Positions 21,065 to 33,700 of a stretch of 64,000 nucleotides of DNA are shown piece after piece. Within the stretch, counting starts at the first letter, position 1; every line of letters begins with the position of its first letter. Below the pieces are notes generated by a model. That model was not told where the DNA came from. It ran no database searches and worked only from the letters and a program-made list of their open reading frames with translations. Made by a program: the position numbers and the translations under genes. The DNA comes from Macrostomum hystrix (lineage: Eukaryota > Animalia > Platyhelminthes). The stretch spans positions 27,032,001 to 27,096,000 of the forward strand of contig CATNEN010000001.1 in the NCBI GenBank assembly GCA_950097015.1, written 5' to 3'.

Positions 21065-21184
21065 TTCTGCTGATGGATGATTGCTCTAGAACAGAGCAAT
21101 ATTAAAATGTCAGGAAAAATGCTTATTTTATAGAGTTAGGAATTTTAGCCAGCTTAAAAAATGAAAAACCCGAGCCGCTTTTGA

Positions 21185-21905
21185 AGCAACCGGTGACCCG
21201 GTACCCATTGCTCAGCTGGTTGAACAGGAGCAACCGGTGACCCGGTACCCATTGCTTAGCTGGTTCAACAGGAGCAACCGGTGACCCGGTACCGATTGCT
21301 CAGCTGGTTGAACTGGAGCAACCGGTGACCCGGTACCCATTGCTCAGTTGGTTGAACAGGAGCAACCGGTGACCCGGTACCCATTGCTCAGCTGGTTGAA
21401 CAGGAGCAACCGGTGACCCGGTACCCATTGCTTAGCTGGTTCAACAGGAGCAACCGGTGACCCGGTACCCATTGCTTAGCTGGTTCAACAGGAGCAACCG
21501 GTGACCCGGTACCCATTGCTCAGCTGGTTGAACTGGAGCAACCGGTGACCCGGTACCCATTGCTTAGCTGGTTGAACAGGAGCAACCGGTGACCCGGTAC
21601 CCATTGCTCAGGTGGTTGAACTGGAGCAACCGGTGACCCGGTACCCATTGCTTAGCTGGTTCAACAGGAGCAACCGGTGACCCGGTACCCATTGCTCAGC
21701 TGGTTGAACTGGAGCAACCGGTGACCCGGTACCATTGCTTAGCTGGTTGAACAGGAGCAACCGGTGACCCGGTACCCATTGCTCAGCTGGTTGAACAGGA
21801 GCAACCGGTGACCCGGTACCCATTGCTCAGCTGGTTGAACAGGAGCAACCGGTGACCCGGTACCCATTGCTCAGCTGGTTGAACTGGAGAAATCGATGAC
21901 CCGGC
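21185..21905. repeat. 44-bp minisatellite (~16 copies)
   Basis: Unit GAGCAACCGGTGACCCGGTACCCATTGCTCAGCTGGTTGAACAG. Confidence 0.95.
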
Positions 21906-24060
21906 TTGTACTATAATAGTTTAGGCGGAGTACAATAGTCGCTCATCACGCTCAGGAGCCTAGGTGAGTGTGGTCATGCGATTTGGTCATTCGAGCAACT
22001 GTGCATTTGTAAAAGAAAAAAGTTGTAGCAGTTCTTCATTTGACAGTTAAATAAAATGAAAAAATTGCCCATTTAATAATAGGAAATTAATTTATAAAAT
22101 TTAAATTTTTCAATCAATTTCACCTAAACATAATGTACAGAAGCGTTTGTACAAAACAAAAGAGCAAATGAAGTAAAATGCACTGAGTCAAATAAAATAA
22201 AAAAATAAAAATATTCCTTCTATTTAGTCCTTCGTTTTTTTGCTTCGCTGTACGACTCGGTAGGGGCTGCACGACGTCTGCCTCTGGTCGACTTGGTCGG
22301 GGCTGCAGCTGCACTGCCGGTGGACTCGGTCGGGGCTGCAGCTGCACTGCCGCTAGACTCAGTCGGGGCTGCACGACGTTTGCCTCTGGTCGACTTGGTC
22401 GGGGCTGCATCAGATGCGGCATCCAGAAAGGCCGACTGAAATGTAAGAAGGGGCAATTCTCAAGGTAGAAAGCGAATCTCAAAGTTGGAGGGCAATTCTC
22501 ATTCCCCTCCAGCATTATCATTGCCACTGTCACATGGACTCATTGGGCACTCTGTGGAGTATAAAAAGTTATTAGAAAACCATGACATGGCTACTTACGG
22601 TAATACAATTTTGTTGGAACTCTAAAAATGAGTCACCCCCTAAAAAAGTGCATACCTGATAATTTCCAAATAAGGTATTCACCACTAAACCCACGAGAGT
22701 TCATGACCTGAGAATTCCCAAATAAGGTAAAATCTCTAAAGTAAACAAGTAAACAAGTGCAAACCAAGTGCATGACCTCATTGTCCCCATAAACAAAAAA
22801 ATTATTTTTAGCTTTTTAAAATTACTTATTAATACTATTATTTTAATAATTTTTTATATATTATATTATTATTGTAGTAGGGATGCTTTTATCATTTTTT
22901 TAAAAGTCAAATTCGTACCTATGCTCTTTGTTTTAATGCGCTAAATATTTTTATATGTAAAATATTATAAATATTCTGTCAAATTCATTCATTTTAACAA
23001 ACCTTTTTGTGTATATAAACGAGTGCAATTCCTATGAAACAAAGCAACGTGCCAGTGTGGCGAAAAGCAAATAAGCTATAACTGAGTAAGAAGATGTTCA
23101 AGTGTTGAGTTGGTTATTTGAGGCTGTGACCCTCTGGTCCTGGAGAAACGCCCAGCAAAGACTGGAGAATAAGAGACCAGTGCCTTAGAAGGATAAACCG
23201 CTTGTGCCGAGAGATACGCTACCAAGAGAGAGAAAAGTAGAGTGAGAAGCCCGGTTACAACTTTGGTGGCAGCGGAAAGGATTAGAGAAACGGCCTCAAT
23301 CGAAGAATAGAGAGATTATCAAGAAGAACGAATAATCCAAAGAGATGTCGATTATTATGCTGATAATAGCGGTGCTGATGAATCAGCAGCCAGGTATCCC
23401 TCCACTATTTGGAAGTGGTGGAACACAGTCAATGTTCGGAAATAATGGAAAGCAGACAATGCCTGGAAGCCAGGAACAAAAGAAAAAGCCTATGGGAAGA
23501 GGCATGATTTCGATGCAGAATAAGCAAGATATGGAGTACATCAGTAGTAGGAGTTAGCAGAACCCTGCCGACACTGCGGAGATAGGAGGCTATCTCGCCA
23601 GTGTATTTTGGAGTGTGGAGGGGCGCCGAACAGAGGAGGAGGATGATAGGAATTGGGGTGGGGTGGGGTGTGGCGTCCAATCCGAGACTGGAGTGTGGGG
23701 AGGCATGGGGTGGGTGGGTGCCTGTGTACACAGTGCAGGGATAGACTGATGGGATGCCGGCCAATCTGCCGACACTGCGGAGATAGGAGGCACGGGAATA
23801 CACTGATGGGATGCCGGCCTATCTGTTAGCAGAACCCTGCCGACGCCGCCACGCGGTATTTTTCAAATGCGAAAATTTATGACTTCGAATTCACAGTTTG
23901 TGAACTGAAAACAGTTCAGTTTAATGGTTGTTTGTGATTCAGGGTCGCCACAGTGCATGGTTGGTGAGAGATTCACCGGGACGATTTGATTTTATGAGTT
24001 CGCTTCCCTTTGGTTTGAATGCAAATATTTACCTCGTAAGCACAGGCTCTATCTAGAATA

Positions 24061-25110
24061 ATGTTGAAATCGCCAATATTTAAAAGTTGTCACAAAGACC
24101 TCTATGAGGTGTGTTTGACCTGCGAAGCATGCACAATTGGGGGTGTCTCCCCGCGACACCATAGTAACAACACCTGCCAAGTTACTCGCTGGCTTGCCTG
24201 CAGCCAGTGCGGCATCGTGGAGCAGGTGAAGACCAAGCAGGTGCCTGCCAAGCACAAGGAGCATGAAATTGTGCCTTCGACGGAGAAGGAAAGGGAGGCC
24301 CAGCGCTGGAAGATCATCAGGGCTGCGAAGCAACTGCAAGAGAAACTGCGGCGCGACCAGCAAAAACAGCGGGCTGAGAATGAGCGGCCAACTGTACGTT
24401 CTGGTGTGTTCACCCAGGTATTCGAGGACGTAACCAATAGACGGCCAGAACCTGATGAGGAAGAAGCTGGCAGCGACAATGACTTCCTGATACTCAGCAG
24501 CCTCACTCGCAAAGGCGCGGCTGCGAACAAGCGCACTGCTGCTGATGCTGCACCGCAACATGGAGGAAAGCGCCTGCGGCATGACTCTACCCAGTCTGCA
24601 CTGCAGAGCATTGAGGCTGATGTGATCGGTCCTACAGCTTCTGTGACGGACGCCACTGTTGCTGCTGCAGCCATTCGGAGGCCGGAAGTTCGAGGCAAAA
24701 TGCTGCGGAGAGACGATGGGCCGAATCTGCAGGCTGAGTGTGAAATAGCGGAAGGACCATCGGCGCCGTCGCTGATGCTCGCGCCACCAGCTGTTCAGGC
24801 CAATGAGCAAGGAGTAGCCCTGCAGGCTGGTGCCGACGACATGGCTACTTCTGCTGCACTGGAGATTTTCGAGGCTGATCAGCTGTTCAGCACTGTCAAC
24901 CTGCTTGAGGGAGAGATTCCAAACTTTCTCTTCCTTGAGGCGCCAGAAGCGGGGCGTGAAGCTCGGAGACTCCATGATGCAGCAACTCAAACAGAAAGTG
25001 AGCTATGTACCGCATCATTTGTGTGCCTGCCGAGTATTGTTAACGCGCCATTTACAGTGGAACGCTTAGGTTTGGACAAAAGTATTGTTAGACCCTTTTT
25101 TGAAAGTTGA
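24061..25110 (+). CDS. Polinton ORF of unknown function, Cys/His-rich N-terminus; probably continues to 25273 through a frameshift in a T run
   Basis: 349-aa ATG-initiated ORF just inside the left TIR; no family recognised. Confidence 0.55.
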   Translation: MLKSPIFKSCHKDLYEVCLTCEACTIGGVSPRHHSNNTCQVTRWLACSQCGIVEQVKTKQVPAKHKEHEIVPSTEKEREAQRWKIIRAAKQLQEKLRRDQQKQRAENERPTVRSGVFTQVFEDVTNRRPEPDEEEAGSDNDFLILSSLTRKGAAANKRTAADAAPQHGGKRLRHDSTQSALQSIEADVIGPTASVTDATVAAAAIRRPEVRGKMLRRDDGPNLQAECEIAEGPSAPSLMLAPPAVQANEQGVALQAGADDMATSAALEIFEADQLFSTVNLLEGEIPNFLFLEAPEAGREARRLHDAATQTESELCTASFVCLPSIVNAPFTVERLGLDKSIVRPFFES

Positions 25111-25810
25111 AACTATCGCTGAGTGTAATTACGAGTGCAATAAGGAGCCACTGCGGATGCTCTATCAGCAGCGGGTAGTTGTCAAGTGTCAGGATTTTCA
25201 AAAAAGACAGTCGTTTTATTGCGGCCATGTTGCAATTTACGTTCAAATGTTGCACGACTCCCTTCCTTGTTGAATATAAAGCGTGTATAAATGAGTTATA
25301 TGTTATATCGTGTAAAATTGAGCAGAAGAGCTATTTTAGCAGAAGAGCGGACAGCAAGGAGATAGCCAGTGTAAAAAGCAATTGTAAGGCCTGTTTCTGC
25401 AGTAATGATTTTTCCTTCGAGTCGTAATCACAATTAATATTTGGCTGCTATTGTACATGAATGTAATAACTGCTCCATTTTTCCCTCGTCAACATTTTAC
25501 TTTGCTACATGCAGCGGACACACACGCACACACACACACATAGTGCCATAGGACGTGTTTTTTCCGCAAGCAAGGCTTTTTATTTATTATTTTTTCCTTT
25601 CTTGTCATTTTTTCTGTTTGTCACGTGCTGCAATATTTTTCATAATCGCTTTTGTCATTGCTATGTGCAGCGAGACACTGAAAGCACCGTACAGCTGTCA
25701 AACCTAGTGTCCTTATTTTCCACACTCGATGCGTTCTCAAAGCACTTTACCGTCGAGCTATTTAAGTTTGTTTATCTGTTTGGCACGTTATTAATAATGA
25801 TCTTTACCAC

Positions 25811-26956
25811 TGTAGTGTCGGCATGTTTTTTATAATGCGTATATTTCTACTTGTAGTAACTTATTCGCGCACGTCAATATTATGAATTATTTTAATGTAT
25901 CTTATAGGTTAGTTGTTTGTACATGCGCACCCCAGCCAGGCCTAACACGCGACCGGCCGGTCACCCCTGCTCTACAGCCAAGGCATCAGACTAGCCCTGG
26001 TCTGGTGGGCCCAACCAATGAGAGGACGGCTAGCCGATTGAAGTGAACCGACTTAAGTGCGACACCCCGAGCCGGGCCAATCAGCAGCCGGTTCGTTAAC
26101 CGGCAGGGTCGACCTGGCAGGAGAACAAGCGGCGCGGCCGGCACCCAGGCTTTGATGAGGGCTGGGGCGGGCGCTTGACTATAAAACTGACTATTGCGCT
26201 GAAATATTGTTCTCATGCGATTCTGGTCTCGCGTTTGACCTTGCTCTTGCTCTTGATCTTGATATTGTTACGCATCCTAGTAAATAGATACCGGGACAGG
26301 TAAACCGGTCCAACTAGTTAGTCAAAGAAAACCCCCACACTCAACCCCACGTCAGTAAGTAGCTTGCGCTGAGCTCGGTACGTCTGGCCAACTGCTGACG
26401 GAGTGTTAGATAGGGATTGGCAAGCACGGAAGCACTCTCCATATCGCCGACAATCATCGGTGGGACGCCGTCGAACAGACATTAGGTGTGGCACGATAGA
26501 ACTATCGTTGTGCCATAGTGCAGAAGTACTTGCTGGTCGCCTCGGTTTTATGTTAGGGATTCTGGTTAGGTTTCGCGTTATTTGTCTTGTTTGTTATAGG
26601 GACTATCTGTTTGTCTAGGATTTATTTGTGTTATTTATCGTGTCGTATTATCGAGTAGAGTTCGTGTTTTGTGTTGCGGTTATCGAGATTTTGTTAGTGC
26701 GAATTGTGAATTGGATTGAATTAAGTACAGTACCTGGCAGGGGACGAAAAGAGCGCTGCCAGGGGAATTGATCAGTGATCATAGCTTTCTCTTATTTACT
26801 GATTAACACTTAAATATCAGCTGTTTAGCTTGGAATTTGAATCGTCTTGTCTTCGTTAATTTCGAGTTGCGAAAAGGGAATCTCTCACAAAGAGTAGGAC
26901 ACCCGACCTCATTTAGGAATCTCAACGTAAAGAGAGACCTAAGTCAAAATATCACA
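25811..26956 (+). mobile_element. Solo LTR (1146 bp) inserted in the Polinton
   Basis: TGTAGTGTC...ATCACA ends, 4-bp TSD CCAC (25807-25810 / 26957-26960), internal CCAAT and TATAAAA. Shares start, size and a GTAGGACACC(C)GACC motif with the 62645-63804 LTR. Confidence 0.75.
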
Positions 26957-27464
26957 CCACTGCCTGCCCCATGCGACGAAATGCAACTGCCAAATATATT
27001 TTAAACTTTCAACTAATCCTTTCTTTGTGCTTTAACACGTAATCAACTTTTATAGTAATCAAGTAGCAAAAGCGCGTTTTTCCCTACAACTTTCTTCCAT
27101 TGTGCTTGCTCTGTTCTCCTTGAACTATTCAGTCTAAACCGATACCTTAAACCTGTGCTTTATGGATCCATGTCACTCAAATATACGTCGCACAGTTTGA
27201 ATGTTAACGTTCTTATCACCTTTGTTCAATCAATTGTCTTACTTCAGAATTTCTGTTGCCCACATCATAGTGAATGCTGCTAGGAAACTAGGTGATCTAG
27301 GTTAAGGTGATCTTTGGAATTCAGGAAAAATATCATTGCAGTATAGCAGCCTGCATGATACAAGAAAAACAAAGAAATAAATAAATACATATTTATACGC
27401 TTTTCCAATCTGCATTTGGGGCTCAAGTTTCAGCCCAGCTATCTCCCCGATTCCGTTGACACGG

Positions 27465-27780
27465 AAGAGCATTCCTGGCTAGAGACTGAATATTCGTGCA
27501 CAGAGCAAGTTGAGCACTCTTGGCAAGATCATGGCAACTCGTGGCTGGAGCCAGAGCATTCCTGGCTGGAAACTGAACAAGTTGAGCACTCTTGGCAAGA
27601 TCATGGCAACTCGTGGCTGGAGCCAGAGCATTCCTGGCTGGAAACTGAACAAGTTGAGCACTCTTGGCAAGATCATGGCAACTCGTGGCTGGAGCCAGAG
27701 CATTCCTGGCTGGAAACTGAACAAGTTGAGCACTCTTGGCAAGATCATGGCAACTCGTGGAGGGAGGAAGCGCATTCCTG
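27465..27780 (+). repeat. 72-bp in-frame tandem repeat (24 aa, ~4 copies) within ORF 27416-27892
   Basis: EQVEHSWQDHGNSWLEPEHSWLET repeated. Confidence 0.9.
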
Positions 27781-28132
27781 GACAGAGCAACCAAATCACG
27801 AATCGGCCGATGCAGATGAAGCAGCCGACGACCTCTCCAGGAACCGTTCCAGTCATGCGCAGGACAGCACAGCAACTCCAGGTAGGTTATGAAAGAAGGG
27901 GCACAATCGCGAAATGAAAAAAAAGAAAAAAAAATAAATGCGACAAAAGAAAATTTAAATAGTGAACTTTCTCCAAAACTGCAGTTGCAATTGCTTTTGT
28001 GGTTGCAATTGTGGTTTTAAAGAAAATCAGTTACTCAGCGCTTTTAATTTGGTAAAAATATGAATTTGTGGGAAATACCACTTCTGTAGTAAGTCTGATT
28101 TGTAAAAAAAATTGTTTTTCCCCCTCATTTAG

Positions 28133-30121
28133 ATTGCATCGCGGCTCTTCCTCTAGCTACTGCACACAATGGGACTCTGCTCGTCTACAGAGTCAACCCC
28201 TCGCTTCTGGAGACGCGCGTGAATGCCTTCGACATGGTGAGACAGTGCCAGGACGTGGTTGAGGGAGTGGCTGCGGAACATCGCTGTGAAGAGCGCTGCC
28301 GATCTGTTGGTCAACAGCATTCCAAGTCAGCAAAGCTTCTTCAACGAAGTGACAAAGTCGCCGTGCACAGATTAGGACTAAAGTCGCGCCCAACGAGCTT
28401 GGAGAGAGTTCGAATCCAAAAATCTCGGTGACTACATGATGGCCTACCTTGAACTCGACATCCGACAGCTTGCCGACATATTCGAGTCCTTCAGGCAGCT
28501 GAGTATCAAAGATGATGGACTGGATCCAGTCCATTTCATCTCGACACCTGGACTCTCCTTCAGCTCAGCTCTGAAGTCTACTGGAGCCACTTTTGAGCTG
28601 CTCACTGACAACACCATGTACCGAATGTTTGAGCAAGGCATTCGTGGCGGTATGACATTCGTCAATGTTCATTGTGCCGAAGCGCGCTCCGCTCATTTAG
28701 CCAATCCAGCCACTGTGCAGCAGCAGCAGCAGCAGCAGCAACCTGACAGAGCAGATCTACTTCCACTGGATGTGAACAATTTGAACGGAGTTGCTCTCTC
28801 AATGCCATTACCAGTCGGAGAATTCAGCTGGGTTGACGAAGAATTTCTCTCAACATGGACTGCCGACGCCTTCTTGAATCTGAGCGACGACTCGCCGGTC
28901 GGCTATCTGCTCGAAGTTGACCTGCAGTACCCAGATAACATTCACGAGAAGACTCAAGACCTGCCATTAGCGCGTGAGAAGGGTGTAGTTTCCTTCGACG
29001 ACTTTCCCGACTACATGAAGCAGCTCTGGCAGCATCTCAATCCGGATGGAAAATCGTACCATGGTTGCCATAAGTTGCTCTTGACCTGCTTTGACAAGGA
29101 GCGCTACGTCGTGCACTCGAATGTTCTCAAGTTCTACCTTCAGTATGGGATGCGCATCCAGAGGATCCACAGAGCCGTGCAGTTCAACCAGAAGCCTGTC
29201 TTTGCGCCGTACATACATAAAAACAGTGAGCGCCGCGCAAATGCCAGCAATGACTTTGAGCGCAACTACTACAAGATGAAGAACAATTCGCTTTTCGGGA
29301 AGACGATGGAAAATGTTCGAAAAAGAAGAGACGTTAGAATTTGCACCAATGATCAGCAGGCCAGAGTCTTGGCTTCGAAGCCTACTCTAAAGGACTTCAT
29401 CATCGTGAACGAAGATCTCTCCGTGTTCCAACTGGCCAAGACAAGTGTCCAGCTGGATCGCCCCGTGTACATCGGACAAAGTGTCCATGACAACTCAAAG
29501 TTGGTAATGTACAAACTGTTCTACGAAGAGCTGAAGTCGCGCTTTGAGAGCAATGCTGCCAGAGTGACACTGTGTGGAGGTGACACAGATTCGCTCTTTC
29601 TGTGTCTCGAGAATCTAGATGTCGAGCACTATGTCCTACCAAAGATGATGGAGTCCGGCCTGCTAGATACCAGCAATTACCCGGTGCACCACCCGCTCAA
29701 GTCAGACCGACTGAAGGCCAAGCTCGGCTGCCTGAAGGATGAATCAGCTGGTGAAAAGTTCAAACAGTGGATCTTGCTTCGTCCCAAGCTTTACTCTATG
29801 CTTGCTGATGAGGGCGGAGGCAGAATCAACAAGAAGGTGGCAAAAGGAGTTCAGAGATCTGTTGTGCGCACCGAGATCAGTCATCAGAACTACGTGGATG
29901 CATTTTATGCCCTTCAAGAGCTGACAGTCCGTGTCCGTCGCATCGGCAGCATACACCACAGAGTGTTCACCATCGAGCAATCCAAGCGAGCACTGACTGT
30001 CTGGGAAGACAAGCGAGCCTGGACTGATGCCAATGCAAGTCTTCCGTTCGGGCACTGCGCCCTTCGATGGAAATCACGGACTCTAGGGAGAAGGAAGCTC
30101 GAAGCGCCTCTCATTGCCACT

Positions 30122-30159
<38 letters not shown>

Positions 30160-30190
30160 TGAGCCGAAGCAAGCGCGCCTTGCAGACTGA
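28133..30190 (+). pseudogene. Protein-primed family B DNA polymerase (pPolB), disabled; intact ORF part is 28436-30190
   Basis: ExoIII YLELDIRQLADIFE, GIRGG, motif A LDVNNL, motif B KNNSLFGKTMEN, motif C DTDS, LRPKLYS, KVAKGV. In-frame stops at 28373 and 28379; ExoI/II region missing (deletion near 28280). Confidence 0.9.
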
Positions 30191-30754
30191 TGTCCGGTTA
30201 AAGTGTCAACTGTCCAATCAAACTTTTTTGGTAGCAATTCCTTCTGGTTTCCCCTCTTCTACTTTGTTACGGGTGATGGGTATTGATTATTTTGAAGAAC
30301 ATTTTTTTTCTTCAAACGATATATTTGCCTTCTATGAGACGAGTCGTGGATTAAGTTCACTTTTCTTGTGTGATGGGTGAAATTTGAATTTGTGCATGAA
30401 CTTACTGTACCTTTTGCTTGTAACTATTTGCGCTGGCGGCAGCAATGAAAGAAGAAGAATCGAATGAACTATATTCTTCACAAAATTTGAACTTTGGATT
30501 TTATTATTCCAAAAATTACATTGAATTCAAAGCGGATCCACTGCTCAGGCTTTCACAGAAATTTATTTCTTTTATTATTCAAGTCACTTAGTGAATCGTG
30601 TGACTCTAGCAGCTCTCACTTAATGAGAGCTGCTAGATTCTCAACATCAGAATGCAATTGTCGCAGAGAGCGAGCTCCGCTGAGAACAAATGAGCCGTTA
30701 TGGAAAAGCAAACATTTGCAAAAGCGGAGTTTACAGATTAAAGCAGAAAACGAT

Positions 30755-33700
30755 TGTGATAGCGGGGGTCTGCTCAGTTGTTCCGCTCAGAGTAATGTAC
30801 AGTGCAGGTGTACACCTGCACGCGCGCGTGTGATTGGCTGACGCTTTGTCAGACAACCTTTATTGTTGGCCTGCTATAAAGTTAAATAAAAGCCTCTGCC
30901 ATTGGGGGGGACTTACCCCCGAAGTGGAGTTTTCACAGTGGCGACTAGACTGAAACGATCCTGCGCAAATGAGTAGTGCAAGTGCACTAGGGCTTGTCGG
31001 CCCATACGAAGAAGGCTCTGAGCCGTGGCATATGTACCAAGCAAGGTTAGAACAATATTTTGTTGCCAATGACGTCACTGAGGAAGCAAAAAAACGAGCG
31101 ATTCTGCTGAGTTCATGCGGCAAGAAAGTTTTCCATCTGGCCTTCAGTCTTCTGTCTCCTGAACAGCCATCAGCCAAGAGCTACACCGAAATTTGCGATG
31201 CACTGAAGAGCCATTTTGAGCCTGAGGAGTCCGAGATCGTCCATCGTTACCGGTTCTACACCAGAAATCGCAGGGAAGGTGAGGGCGTCGCTGACTTCGT
31301 CGCAGACCTCCGAGACCTGGCTCGCGACTGCAAGTTCGGCGAAAGCCTGACTTCAATGCTTCGCGACAGGCTGGTGCTGGGAATCAACAACGATGGTGCT
31401 CAGCGGCGGCTGCTGGCCGAGCCCGATCTCCCTCTAGCGAAGGCATTGAAGCTGGCCCTGGCCCACGAGTCCGCCACCAAGGGCTGCCAACTGGTGTCGG
31501 GAGCGAGTAAGCCAGATCCATTCAGTCAGGAGTCCGTCAGCATTGTCAAGCAACAGCAGAAGTCGTCTTCGACAAGGAAGTGCTTCAGGTGCCTGTCAAC
31601 GAGGCATCTCGCTAATAAGTGCCCGTTCGCCACCCAGAAGTGCTACAAGTGCTCAAAGACCGGCCACACTGCGGCTGCCTGCAAATCCCAGTCGAAGGAC
31701 GATAGAAGAGAGGCTCTGCAGATGCAGGACGGCGAGGAAAAAGACAGCTGCGAGGAGGAAACGGCCCACTCTCTGTACCAGCTGTCCGGCAAGAGGGTAT
31801 CGAAGGTGCCGCCAATTACAACGATGGTGCGCATCAATGGCCGACCTGTTGTCATGGAAGTGGACACTGGAGCCTCCGTGTCCCTTGTATCCTCGAAGAC
31901 CTACAGGACCGTGCTCAACTCGCAGCCAGCACTGCAGCCTGCGTCCGTGCAGCTGCGAACATACTCCGGTGAGAAAGTGCCAATTGAAGGCTGCATCTGT
32001 GTTGCGGTGGAAGCTGCTGAAGCACCGTCAAAGACACTCAGCCTCCTTGTGGTTGCCGGCTGCGGATCCGACCTGCTCGGAAGAGACTGGCTGTCCGAGT
32101 TGCGGCTCGACTGGAGATCAATCAAGCAGGTGGCAGCTGCTCTTGAGGTGTCGCCCAGACTACAGCAGCTGCTCGACAAGTACAGCGATGTTTTTTTGCC
32201 TGAGCTAGGGAAGTACAACGGACCGCCAGTGAGTTTGAATATGAGACCCGATGCTCAACCTCGCTTTATGAAGGCCAGGAATCTCCCCTTTGCTTTGAAG
32301 GACAAGGTGGAGAGCCAACTGAACCGCGAGATCGAACAAGGAATCCTGGTGCCCGTGCAGCACTCCGAGTACGCATCGCCGGTGGTGCCAGTGCTCAAGT
32401 CCGACGGCTCTGTGAGGGTCTGCGCCGACTTCAAGCAGACCGTCAACCCGAACGTGGAGCCCGACTCGTATCCTCTGCCGCGGATTGAAGAGCTGTTCGC
32501 GAAGCTGACTGGTGGGCGGCTCTTCACTAAGCTCGACTTGTCACAGGCGTACATGCAGCTGCCACTCGATGAGGCCTCCCAGAGGGTGTGCACAATCAAC
32601 ACTCATAAAGGGCTGCTTAGGTATACGCGGCTGCCCTTCGGTGTCTCGCCAGCGGTCGGAATTTTTCAGCGCCGGATGGACTGCTTGCTGCAAGGAATCA
32701 CCAACACCGCCTGCTTCATCGATGACCTCATCATCACCGGGAAGGACGACAGCAGTCATCTGAACTCCCTGGAGCAGGTTCTGGAGAAGCTGAGCCAGGG
32801 CGGCCTCCGGTGCAAGCTGGAGAAGTGCCAGTTCATGCAGACGAGCATCAGTTATCTCGGTCACCGCATCGATGCCGACGGCCTGCACCCGATCAAAGAC
32901 AAGGTCGAGGCAATTGTCAGCGCTCCAGCTCCCAAGGACGCAACTCAGCTGCGCAGTTTCCTAGGCATGGTGAACTACTATGGCAAGTTTCTGCCTAAAT
33001 TGTCTCAAGTCCTGGCTCCGCTGCACCTGCTGCTGCGCGAGCAACACCGCTGGAACTGGGGCGCTGCTCAGAACGCCGCTTTCGAGAAGTGCAAGACACT
33101 GCTGTCCTCGGCTCCGGTATTGGCGCACTTTGACCCGAGCAAAGACCTGCTGCTCGAGTGCGACGCGTCCCCCTACGGTCTGGGGGCGGTCATCAGCCAC
33201 AGGATCGATGGAGCTGTCCGGCCTGTGGCCTTTGCCTCGCGTACGTTGCACGACGCTGAGAAAAACTACTCACAGCTCGAGAAGGAAGCCCTCGCGATAG
33301 TGTTTGCGGTTAAGAAGTTCAACGCGTACCTGTTCGGCCGCCCATTTCTGCTGGTGAGTGACCACAAACCTCTGCTTGGATTGCTGGCTGAGAACAAGGC
33401 CGTGCCGACCCTGGCATCCGGAAGAATTCAGAGGTGGGCTCTGCTGCTGTCTGGCTATAACTACCGCATGGTTCACCGAGCCGGAGCCTCACTGCTGTGC
33501 GCCGATGCCTTGAGTCGCCTGCCGCTGCCCGACAAGCCGGCGACTGTCCCGAAGCTGGCAGAGCTGGTCATGCTGATGGACCACCTGGATGATGGACCTG
33601 TCACGGCAGCTCAGATACGCGGCCTGACTCGAAGGGATCCTACGCTTGCCCGAGCTCTGCACTTCACGCAGATTGGCTGGCCAGAGCGGGTCAGTGACGA

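Noticed and set aside
19543-21105. Repetitive ORFs (GGSVAFVARA / ATDPPAL) on both strands
   Set aside because: Products of a 30-bp tandem repeat; no unique coding flanks or splice context.
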